NCBI RefSeq assembly: GCF_006345805.1
Contig: NC_043002.1
Coordinates: 7,502,001-7,566,000 of the forward strand
DNA length: 64,000 nt
Direction: 5' to 3'
DNA from: Octopus sinensis
Lineage: Eukaryota
The notes below the pieces were generated by a model. It saw only the letters and a program-made list of their open reading frames with translations. It was not told the DNA's origin and searched no databases. The position numbers were made by a program, and so were the translations under genes. Below are positions 53,093-64,000 of the stretch, in pieces (the first letter of the stretch is position 1; every line of letters starts with the position of its first letter).

Positions 53093-53317
53093 ATATATAT
53101 AATTGCTGTTGAAAGCTATTCAATTAATGATGTTAATAATTAAAAATGATTGATAGTAAATCCATTGCCTTAGTTGATACAAGGCGGTGGAAGAGATGAA
53201 CTGACAGATATAAACAGATTTTAGGCTTTATAGTAAAGTGCTTTACAATATGTCGGTTCAAATCCTGAAGGACGTGTAAATCTCAATTGAATGGCTAAAA
53301 TAATTATCCTGATTTTA

Positions 53318-53464
53318 TTCAACATGTCCCCCTCTCAGATTCATACACTTGTTGCAGCGGTCCTTCAGTTTTTCTATGCCTCGTGAAAGAACTCGAAAGG
53401 TTGGGCCTCCAACCAGGCTTTTCGCGATACCCTTAAAACCAGAAACTCTTCAGCACCCCTTGTA
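53318..53464 (-). mobile_element. Mariner-derived non-autonomous remnant
   Basis: Minus strand GIEKLKDRCNKCMNLRGD matches the mariner C-terminus (GI.KL..RW.KC....GDY). TIR-like end cagcaccccttgta. Confidence 0.7.
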
Positions 53465-54589
53465 TTATCAAACGCATTCTAACCGTGGCTATTCCATCTT
53501 TTCCTTCCTGCAGAGGAGCCGTGACCATATTATCCAACGTGTCGGTTGTTTTAGTAGAAAGTGGGTGTATTTTGAAGGAGACTTCACAGCATTTTCTTGC
53601 AGGTAAAGTGATGCGTTAGAATCTACAGTGATAGCAGTGGTCTTGGTAGTGATAACCTTAGTGTTGGCATTGGCGATGGTAGTAGATACCATCATGATGC
53701 ATGGGATGGTATCTTGGAGCTGCTTTAGTATCATTACTGATGGTGATAGGAGGGTGCTTATTCGCAGAATCGTTACAATGTCGAAAAGCGTTTTTGTATT
53801 ACCCTTGCTCTTTACATTCTAAGTTCAAATCTCGCTCGCATCAAATTTTGCCTTTCATTTCACCGCGTTCTATGAAACGAAGGACCCGTCGAGTATTTAT
53901 GGTCGATGGTATCGACTAACACTCTATCCTCAAAATTGCTGGCTAATTACGTTAGCATACGTATCAGTTGTGAATGGCCGCCATTTATGGAGAGCTTGTT
54001 GCTATTTGGAATAAATAGAAAACGAGATCACATCTTGACATATTTTAGGTTCACCAGGCATGACATAAGACCAACTAATCCGTGTCCAGTTTAACAATAC
54101 ACAGATTTCATTCTCATTTGAGTTCCACGACAAAATATTAAATTACCATGATAAGTACATATTTGTGTAATGTATGTATATACAAGTGTATGTGTGTGTG
54201 AGTGTATATATATATATTCCTGGTGGTTAATAGGTCATAGGAACATCGAAAGGCTATATAATATTTGTGTAAAAATATATTTTATCCATAAAAATATATC
54301 ACTTATATTGTTTTCATGGTAAACACGCATAGTTTCGCTGGGAAAAATAAACATGTTTACACGTTTTTCTATTCTTCTTTTGTCAGAGAACCTAAATTTT
54401 TATGTTTAACAAAAATAGATACCTTATACATATTCATACATATCAGACCCTACCCCGACAAAGAAAACAAAATTTAGATATTTAAATGATGTTCCCTTCT
54501 GTTTAACATAGCGAATTTGTAATGTACTGTTATTGGAGTCGCGCAGCAAATTTTACACTTATGACAGTTAATTTCATACAGAATTTTAC

Positions 54590-54819
54590 GGCGGCGAGTT
54601 GGCAGAAAGGTTAGCGCGCCGGGCGAAATGCTTAGCAGTTTTCGTCTGCCGCTGCGTTCTGAGTTCAAATTCCGCCGAGGTCAACCTTGCCTTTCATCCT
54701 TTCGGGGTCGATAAATAAAAGTACCATTTTCGCACTGGGGTCGATGTAATCGACTTAATCCCTTTGTCTGTCCTTGTTTGTCTCCTCTATGTTTAGCCCC
54801 TCGTGGGCAGTAAAGAAAA
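54590..54819 (+). mobile_element. SINE family A monomer
   Basis: 19-bp TSD aatttc(a/c)tacagaatttta at 54570-54588 and 54820-54838. Confidence 0.94.
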
Positions 54820-54929
54820 AATTTCCTACAGAATTTTAGAGTTGAATTCTCTAATTAGGTGTTGCCTTCTACTTTTGTCGAATGGCTTTTAGTTTTCATT
54901 TTTATGTGAATATGTGTTATGAAGTTTAG

Positions 54930-55310
54930 TTCTAAACCACATGGTTCTGGGTTCGTTCTCACTACGTAGCACTTTGGTCTACTATAGCCCCAGACCGAAC
55001 AAACTGTTGAGAGTGGATTTCGTAGACGGAACACACGCGCACACACACACACACACACACAACACACACCTGTGTGTGTACATGTATTTATGAGCATGTG
55101 TATATCTCTGTGTCTGACTCCCAACTCGGATTGACAGACGATTATTGGTTTGTCTAAGTCCCCATAGCATAGTGGCAAGAAGAGATAGATAGACTAAATA
55201 CCAGTCTTAGAAAAAGAAATCAGAACTAGGGTTTATTTGTTCGACTAAAGCCTTTAAGGAGGTGTCCCAGGATGGCAGTAGTCTAATGACTGAAACAAGT
55301 AAAAGATATA
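54930..55310 (+). mobile_element. SINE family B, old diverged copy
   Basis: aaccacatggttctgggttc ... gtagacggaa ... tgactgaaacaagtaaaaga. Confidence 0.75.
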
Positions 55311-55618
55311 AGATTTCCTACGACATATTTTTCTTCAACTCTTCATTTCTGAAACGGCTTTTTCCCTTCCTTGCAATTAGGGGAAAGGGCTTTGGTCGAT
55401 TACGTCGCCCCAATAGTACTTCGTTTTATCGGCCCCGAAAGTATAAAAGGCAAAGTCAACCATGGCTGAGTTTGAACTCAGAACGTAAAAACAGACGAAA
55501 TGCCGCCAAGCATTTTGACTGGTGTGCTAATGTTTTGCTACCTCGCCACCTTAATAATAATAATCATATACACATACATACATACATACATACATACATA
55601 CATACATACATACATACA

Positions 55619-55649
<31 letters not shown>

Positions 55650-55829
55650 TACACGAACACACGTACACACATACATACATATATATATGTCTATATATAT
55701 ATGTGTATGTATGTATGTATAGATAGATAGATAGATAGATAGATAGAGATAGATAGATAGATAGATGGATGGATGGATGGATGGATGGATGATGGATGGA
55801 TGGATGGATGGATGGATGGATGGATGGAT

Positions 55830-55900
<71 letters not shown>

Positions 55901-55916
55901 GATGGATGGATGGATG

Positions 55917-56011
<95 letters not shown>

Positions 56012-56045
56012 GGAGTTAAACGCAGCTGTTATTCAAATCATTTTA

Positions 56046-56132
56046 CTTCCGACATATGTTTCGAAGACAACATTGGTATTATTCCAAAGGAATAAAATGG
56101 TGTAAAATAATTTAATCGTCTCATCAGGAAAA
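56046..56132 (-). ncRNA. Type I hammerhead motif with canonical core and extended stem II
   Basis: Minus strand: UUUUC-CUGAUGA-GACGAU...(58-nt domain with hairpin UUAUUCC-UUU-GGAAUAA)...GUUGUC-UUC-GAA-ACAUAUGU-C^GGAAG. Confidence 0.7.
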
Positions 56133-56513
56133 GAAGGAAACCAAACGTCATCAGTAAGACATTATAACAGAATGTGTTAGATGTGTATAATGATGAACGG
56201 AACGCTATTAAGTTATTTAAAAAAAAACCGTTAGAAGATAAAACGCCAAAGGTAGCCTATAGAAAGAGAAGGGGTAAAGGAAAGAAATAAGCAGAAAACT
56301 AATAAAGGAGAAATATAGAGCGATATGGGAATTAGAATAAAAGCTTAAAGGCTTGGAAAAAGATATATCTAGTGGAATTGAAATGTGAGAAGAAAATCAA
56401 TGTTCAAATTATATATAATGGTAGATATCACTTATATGAACTAAAGGTATGTAAACAAGGGGAAATACACACATCCATATATATATATATATCTATATAT
56501 ATATATATATATA

Positions 56514-56826
56514 TGTAGGTCCCGGGTTGAGTCGGGGTTAACCACAGTAAATAAGGTACTCAATACATAGCAGAGTAAATTAATTTATTTTATAGAAGGA
56601 GCTTCTACAGGACTAGAACTGTTTCATTCAATGATTTTGAATGAAACAGTTCTAGTCCTGTAGAAGCTCCTTCTATAAAATAAATATATATATATATATA
56701 TAAAGCTATAGATATAGATACACACACACACGTATATATATATATACTTTATTAAAAAACATATTGCTCTACGTCTGGTATTAATTTTTTTTTACCATCT
56801 TGTTTCACATTTATGTGCTTACTCTG

Positions 56827-56882
<56 letters not shown>

Positions 56883-57203
56883 TATATATATATGTAGGTC
56901 CCGGGTTGAGTCGGGGTTAACCACAGTAAATAAGGTACTCAATACATAGCAGAGTAAATTAATTTATTTTATAGAAGGAGCTTCTACAGGACTAGAACTG
57001 TTTCATTCAATGATTTTGAATGAAACAGTTCTAGTCCTGTAGAAGCTCCTTCTATAAAATAAATATATATATATATATATAAAGCTATAGATATAGATAC
57101 ACACACACACGTATATATATATACTTTATTAAAAAACATATTGCTCTACGTCTGGTATTAATTTTTTTTTACCATCTTGTTTCACATTTATGTGCTTACT
57201 CTG

Positions 57204-57207
<4 letters not shown>
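56514..57207. repeat. 379-bp direct duplication of a PLE-like fragment (family P5) with a perfect 49-bp hairpin plus a P4 fragment
   Basis: Units start at 56514 and 56893. Hairpin arms are 56583-56631/56637-56685 and 56962-57010/57016-57064. Confidence 0.93.
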
Positions 57208-57242
<35 letters not shown>

Positions 57243-57398
57243 TATACATATGTTCATTCTTATGGCTTGTTATATATATAAAAAATGCAAATTAACGCTA
57301 AACTGAAGGATTATTCTGTACTTTTTAGTAGAGTAATTAATTCTTGATTTTTAGAAGTAAAAAGATGACCGTCATTTTAAAATTTCGGTTGGTATGAG

Positions 57399-57776
57399 GA
57401 GGCGCAATGGCCTAGTGGTTAGGGAAGCGGACTCGCGGTCTTAGGATCGCGGTTTCAATTCCCAGACCGGGCGTTGTGAGTGTTTATTCAGCGAAAACAC
57501 CTAAAACTCCACGGCGCTCCGACAGGGGATCGTGGTGAACCATGCTGTACTCTTTCACTACAACTTTCTCTCACTCTTTCTTCTGTTTCTGTTGCACCTG
57601 TATTTCAAAGGGCCAGCCATGTCACACTCTGTGTCACGCTGAATCTCCCTGAGAACTACGTAAAGGGCACACGTGTCTGCGGAGTGCTCAGCCTCTTGCA
57701 CGTTAATTTCACGAGCAGGCTTTTCCGTTGGTTAGATCAACTGGAACCCTCATCGTCGTAACCGATGGAGTGCCAC
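57399..57776 (+). mobile_element. SINE family C, full length
   Basis: Collinear with 17280-17665. Confidence 0.92.
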
Positions 57777-58899
57777 GATCTATATCTCTCTCTCACTTTA
57801 TCTCTCTAACGTTTCTACAGCTGGACAAAGGAGAAGACCAAGACGCCGGTGCTTTTCAAGCGAAGGTGTCTGCATGTTTGTTGACTTCCGAGTTACAAAC
57901 ATTCACTAATTACCATCAGCGTCGGAAATAGAGAGCTCAGATGTTGGCCTGTTGTAAACCTCTAACTGACGGCGCTATTTTTCATTAATTCCAGTATAAT
58001 AAATAAGATGAAAGTCCAGATGACCAACCTTGGAATTGAAATCACGATCTATGAGCTGGCGGTCGTATTCTAACCTAACGCAATACTTTTATTTGCAATC
58101 TCGGTAATGTGATATGTTCGCACATATACTCATTATGCGTTCAATAGGTAAAGCATAGTTTAACATTATATTAACGGTTAAATACCGTCTGATTTATGGG
58201 AAATTCCGTATTTGTGTGTGTGTGTGTATGCGTTTGTTTCTGTGCGTGCATGTGTTTGTTTTGTGTATGTGAGCGAACACACGCGCATATGTATATATGT
58301 GTGTATGCGTGTGTGTGTGTGTGCACGGGCGAGTGTATTCATCCATACGCATATCTGCGTTCGTAAACGTATAAAACTGTTGTAAATAACTGAATGGTTA
58401 CTGTAGTATTGATTACTATACGAAGTAATATTTCCTTGTTTAAACAAACGATAAATCATCTGTACGCATTTCCATAGTTACACATTTTTTTTTTAATTAA
58501 TTAGCAGGAAGTAGAGGAGGGGCACTGCCCTTGACCTTTGATGCCTATCCAAGATCAAGGAGATCAATATAATTTATATTCAGCTTCAGTTTCTGTAGGT
58601 CGACATCTATAGGAAATATTTTTGACTGAGGATGTGATAACGTGGGAGTAGGGCGAATTGATGTAACGAAGGAAAACTGAGGAATGCGTTGAACAAAGTT
58701 GTGCATGCGATAGAAGAGGCAGATAGTAAAAGACAGGGTCCGTAACGGAATGGTTATTGATGCTTTTTAGCCCCAGGTCAGTTTCACTTGAATAAAGCTA
58801 TTCTGGAAACTGTTCTGCCAATGACAATCTTCTTTCTTTTTCATTTTCTTCGAATATCTTTTGTCTTCTTTTTTTTTTTGATCTTATACTCGGTTCACT

Positions 58900-59090
58900 C
58901 ATTAAACTGCGGCCATGCTGGAGCACCATCTCGAAAACTTTTTAGCCGAATGAATCGACCCAGTAAATATTTTTTTATCTTTTAAGCCTGGTACTTATCC
59001 TATCGGTATCTTTTGCCGAACCGTTAAGTTAAGGGGATGTAGACAACCCAACACCAGCTGTCAAGCGGTTGTGGTGGACAAACACAGACA
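58900..59090 (-). mobile_element. SINE family B, 3' half
   Basis: ctgcggccatgctggagcacc ... ttttgccgaaccgttaagtt. Confidence 0.8.
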
Positions 59091-59107
59091 GAACACACAC
59101 ACACATG

Positions 59108-59216
<109 letters not shown>

Positions 59217-60003
59217 GGATGAAATTACATGCATATATACGTAAATATGTGTGTGTGTGTGTGTATGTGTTTGCGTGTATTTATATGTATAATATATATT
59301 TAAGCATACACCTGTGTGTATATGGGGATGAAGTTGCTTGCATATAAACGTGGAGTAGTTGAAAAAGGGACAACTGAAGAAGGGGAATATTTTTTATATT
59401 GCATGTCTCGTTTCTCTGTTTGCTTTTTTTTTCGTTGTCCGAAAATATGTTTTCGTTTCTCATTGTGTTCAACGTTTTTTTGATGCCCTGTACACATATA
59501 TGCATGTATATATATACATATAGATGTAGGTATGTACATATATGTATATATGCATATATTTATATATCATTTATATCATTATATAATATATGTGTGTCTG
59601 TGAGTGTATGTTTGTGTGCGTGTGTGAATGGATATGTTTATGAGTATGTGAATGTACATATATGTTTGTGTGTGTATGGGCATGTACATATACATGTTTG
59701 TGTGAGTGTGTAGGTATGTAGACGTTATGAACGCAGGAGGTTTTTATGTCTATGTATTGTGAGAATATGGTTGCGTATATTTTTTATCTTTTATATTTTT
59801 CCTAAAAATTAGAGCAACTTCCCTTTTATTCAAAATTTTTCATAGCGTCTATTGCAATTAATAGTCGATGAGAATGCATCGTAGCTCTTAGGTCCGGCAT
59901 TTGAAACTCTGAGTCCTTTTACGACAACTTACTGATTGTCCTAAACTCTACATATATGAATTCCCCTATTCAACTAATATCGAGGTCACACTCATTTGTT
60001 GTC

Positions 60004-60084
<81 letters not shown>

Positions 60085-60085
<1 letters not shown>

Positions 60086-60245
60086 GACGGTCTTCTTTCA
60101 GCTTCCGTCTACCAATTCCAATCACAAGGCTTTGTTCGGCCCGAGGCTGTTGTAGAAGACACTTGCCCAAGGTGCTACGCAGTAGGATTGAACCCTGAAT
60201 CATGTGGTTGGGAAGCAGACGTCTTACAACACAGCCACACTTGCA
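60085..60245 (-). mobile_element. SINE family B, 5' half
   Basis: ttccgtctacc ... gaagacacttgcccaaggtgc ... acacagccac. Confidence 0.8.
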
Positions 60246-60851
60246 TCGATTATGTTCATTTTAAAAAGGCGATTGTGAGTGAAATTTGACTGCTACGTCC
60301 TGCAGCTTTAGAGAGCACGTATTGTAATGATTATAATGGAGCGTATAGGTTTGAGCTCGGCAAAGTACCAGTGACGCACTGAGGTCGATGTAATCGACTT
60401 AATCCGTTTTTCTGTACTTGTTTGTCCCCTCTATGTTTAGCCCCTCGTGGGCAATAAAGAAATAGGTATTGGTTAGATTCCCCACCTCAAGATTGGTGGC
60501 CTTGTACCTGAATAAGAAATCATTGTTGTGTGCTTGTTCATTGAATTACTTTACAATCGATCAAATAGACTTCCGGTATGTTTCTGCGTGTAACAGTAAT
60601 ACGGCTCGAGATATAAGAACGATAATCGCCCAAAGCTACCAGCGGTTCTTATATCACGGCTTATCAGGCAAAAGTTTCGTGGTGCTAAAAGTCATGATGG
60701 CAAATGCGTAAACCACAAAAATGGCGATTTAGCGGGATGAGCTGAAAGAAGCTTTCTTCTTTGCACGTCTCGTTTCTATCGATGGCCATTTCTATCGATA
60801 GCCATTGATTTTTTTTACTTTTCGGCTTGTATGTGTGCGTGTATGTGTGTA

Positions 60852-60893
<42 letters not shown>

Positions 60894-61050
60894 TGAGTGT
60901 GTGTGACAGAGAGATAGACAGGATGGATGATGTAGGTGGGTATGAATGCATGTATATACATATATGTAAGTATAAATATATATACATATATATATATATA
61001 TATATGAATATATATGCATATAGCTGTATATATGAATATATATGCATATA

Positions 61051-61082
<32 letters not shown>

Positions 61083-61141
61083 GAATATATATGCATATAG
61101 CTGTATATATATATATATAATATATATATATATATTATATA

Positions 61142-61176
<35 letters not shown>

Positions 61177-61194
61177 TGTATATATACATATATA

Positions 61195-61266
<72 letters not shown>

Positions 61267-62011
61267 ATGTGTGTGTGTGTGTGAATATATATGCATATAG
61301 CTGTATATATATATACACACACACACAAATATAAATATACATGTAGGAATTGTAGGAGTTTTAGTATGTGCGTTATGTAGATGCCTTACTTACTTACATA
61401 CATACATACATACATACATATTAATCGATGATGGTTTTAAGTAGTTAAAGTAATATGGCTGTGAAAATGGTAACCACGTTAGCGATAAAAAAAAATTAAA
61501 CAAAAAAGGGTGACAACAACGAGAGTGAAAAAATATATAAAGAAAGAAAGAAAGAAGGAAAGAAAGAAAGAAAGGAAGGAAGGAAGGAAGAAAGGTATAT
61601 AGTAATTAGGATGATTATCTGAAACTTCACACGTGAAATTTAATGTTTAGCCCAGAGAACTTTAGATGGGTCAAAGACTGGAACCACCCGACCATATCTT
61701 TGTGAATGTATGCATGAGTATATGACTGGCTGTCAGTCGGTATGTATGTGTGGACATATGTGTGTGTGTGCGCGCGTGTGTGTTTATGTATGTTTGTTTG
61801 CGCGCGCGAACGAGTGTGTATGTCAGCATATATGTTTCATACATTGTGTATGTATGTGTATGCCTAAAAAAATGTATTAAGGCAGAATTTTGTCTTATCT
61901 CTTTCAAATTTATGTACATATATTTGTATTAATTAACTTTAAAAAAAACACTCGTCACTATTACCATCTTCTCATCAAATTTTTCCCTCGCTGTTGATAT
62001 TGTTATTACTA

Positions 62012-62043
<32 letters not shown>

Positions 62044-62100
62044 GTTGTTGTCGTTGTTCTTTTTCTTCTTGATTATTATTTATATCATTATTATTATTAA

Positions 62101-62138
<38 letters not shown>

Positions 62139-62174
62139 TTTTTATTACCATCATTATTATTATTATTATTATTA

Positions 62175-62209
<35 letters not shown>

Positions 62210-62270
62210 GTATCATTTTTATTATTTATATCATCATCATCATCATTATTATTATTACTATTATTATTAA

Positions 62271-62470
62271 GAAGGTGTGCTGGCAGAATTGTTACCACGC
62301 TGGACGAAATGCGTAGCGGTATTTCGCCCGTCGCTACGTTTTGAGTTCAAATTCCACCAGGTCGACTTTGCCTTTCATCCTATTGGGGGTCGATAAAATA
62401 AGTACCAGTTGAACACCGGGGTCGATGTAATCGACTAATCTCCATCTGCTGTCCTTGTGGCAAAAATTTG
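62271..62470 (+). mobile_element. SINE family A, older variant with a different tail
   Basis: Head, B box and central domain match family A. The tail (gctgtccttgtggcaaaaatttgaaa) differs from the young copies. Confidence 0.8.
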
Positions 62471-62525
62471 AAATAATAATAATAAATATAACTTTAATTA
62501 TCACCACCATTATTATTATTATTAT

Positions 62526-62559
<34 letters not shown>

Positions 62560-63373
62560 CGGTTGCGTTACTTTGACTTCTGACATTAAAATCTTCTCAA
62601 GATCAACATTGCCTTTTAATCTTTCTGGAGTCAATAAAATAGGAATCGAATGTAAATTGTTTGCGCTGTTTTCTCTAAAATAGGTGGCCTTCTTTCCTTT
62701 TTTTTTCATTTACCATTTAGTCAGAGAAGTTAAGGTATCATTTATGAAAATGTTCAAAGCAGTCGAGACTTGTATGAGACTTGTCCTCAAACCAAGCAGA
62801 TCTTTGATTTGGATGCTACAAGAGAAAGGCTTATTCTGGCCTTTCTTTCTGCCCCATCACATCGACGAAAGTAATTTAATTCACCGATAAATTCTTTGAC
62901 AAGCACTTAGTGTTTTTTTTTATTCTAAGGGATTCAAAAGTGGGTTTTCGTTGCATCTCCCAGGGCATGTGTTTTACATGACAATATTTTGTGAAATAAA
63001 TGCAGACAAGTTCACCCTTCTTGATCGGACACTTAGAATATAAAGTACTGGAAGAAATACCTCTTATCATTTTCTCCATTTTAACGATGTTACTGCAGTA
63101 CATCACCTTGAAATGATACTACCGTTATCAATCCCGGTCAGAAAGAAGGCAAAGCTGTCATCATTGATATTTGAACTCAATGCGCAAATAGCCTAGACAA
63201 ATATCGCAGGACATTCTGTCCGGTACTCTAATCGATTTTGCTCACCTGTGGCCTTATGTACTTTGGTAAACACGCCCAATGACCAGATGTCGGTATTAAC
63301 ACGGGCATTGCATTATGTTTACCGCCAAGAACAGGTACAATTTATCTACCGGGCTTCCGCACTGTATCCATTT

Positions 63374-63704
63374 GTGGAGGCACATGGCCTAGTGGTTAGA
63401 GCAGCGAACTCGCGGTCGAGGGATCGCGGATTCGAATCTCAGACCGGGTGATGTGTGTGTGTTTATGAGCGAAAACACCTAAGCTCCACGCGACTCCGGC
63501 AGAAGGTAATGACGAACTTCTGCTGACTCTTTCGCCACAAACTTTCTCTCACTGTTTCCTCCTGCATCTTGCAGCTCACCTGCGACGGACCGGCATCCCG
63601 TCCAGGTGGAGAACCTATACGCCAAGGAAACCGGGAAACCGGCCCTTATGAGCCAGGTATGACTCGAGAAGGAACAAACAAACAAACAAACAAACAAACA
63701 AACA
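63374..63704 (+). mobile_element. SINE family C subfamily with an alternative 3' half and (CAAA)n tail
   Basis: Same head and body up to caactttctctcact, then unrelated sequence. 13-bp TSD actgtatccattt at 63361-63373 and 63705-63717. Confidence 0.92.
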
Positions 63705-64000
63705 ACTGTATCCATTTCGTTTACAATGCTTGAACCAATCTTTATGGCAGAGAGCTCTTGCGCCTTGTGCCGCATCGAAGGATTAAACTCAGCCGGGACC
63801 ACCATGACTGCGAAGAACTTAACCCACACGGTCATGTTTATGTAGGGACCTCATAACTTTTAAGTCTACACTATGATACACCATAAATTTTATAGGTTTA
63901 GGTGACATAGCTATTTTAACAGAGTTACCTCTTCATCAGTTTTGATTTAGGTTGCTACTGGCAATGATGGACACGGCGATGACATCATTAATCTATACAT

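Noticed and set aside
62684-63106. ORFs at 62684-62890 and 62876-63106 as a host exon or LINE RT
   Set aside because: There is only vague resemblance to RT motifs across many stops, which is not enough to support a call.

Overview
This is AT-rich, microsatellite-saturated animal DNA with no recognisable host exon. Nearly all ORFs in the supplied track are translations of (TA)n, (CA)n, (TATG)n or (GATA)n repeats. The repeat landscape suggests a coleoid cephalopod, most likely Octopus (inference from my recognition of the SINE families). Contents: many copies of at least four tRNA-derived SINE families, decayed LINE remnants (RTE, L1/Tx1, CR1-like), a decayed mariner, MITE-like palindromes, a 187-bp tandem array, and many short Penelope-like (PLE) terminal fragments. 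The main observation is that these fragments carry minimal type I hammerhead ribozyme motifs whose helices pair well but whose catalytic cores are non-canonical (G3:C8 swap GUGAACA, CCGACGA, CUGUAGA). Most sit about 100 nt from a 3' end that abuts a (TA)n tract, and several lie in inverted repeats. Second, one SINE family occurs as head-plus-tandem-body multimers inside a single TSD and shares its 3' tail with a Tx1/L1-type LINE. All alignments and folds were done by eye, and nothing here shows ribozyme activity or transcription.
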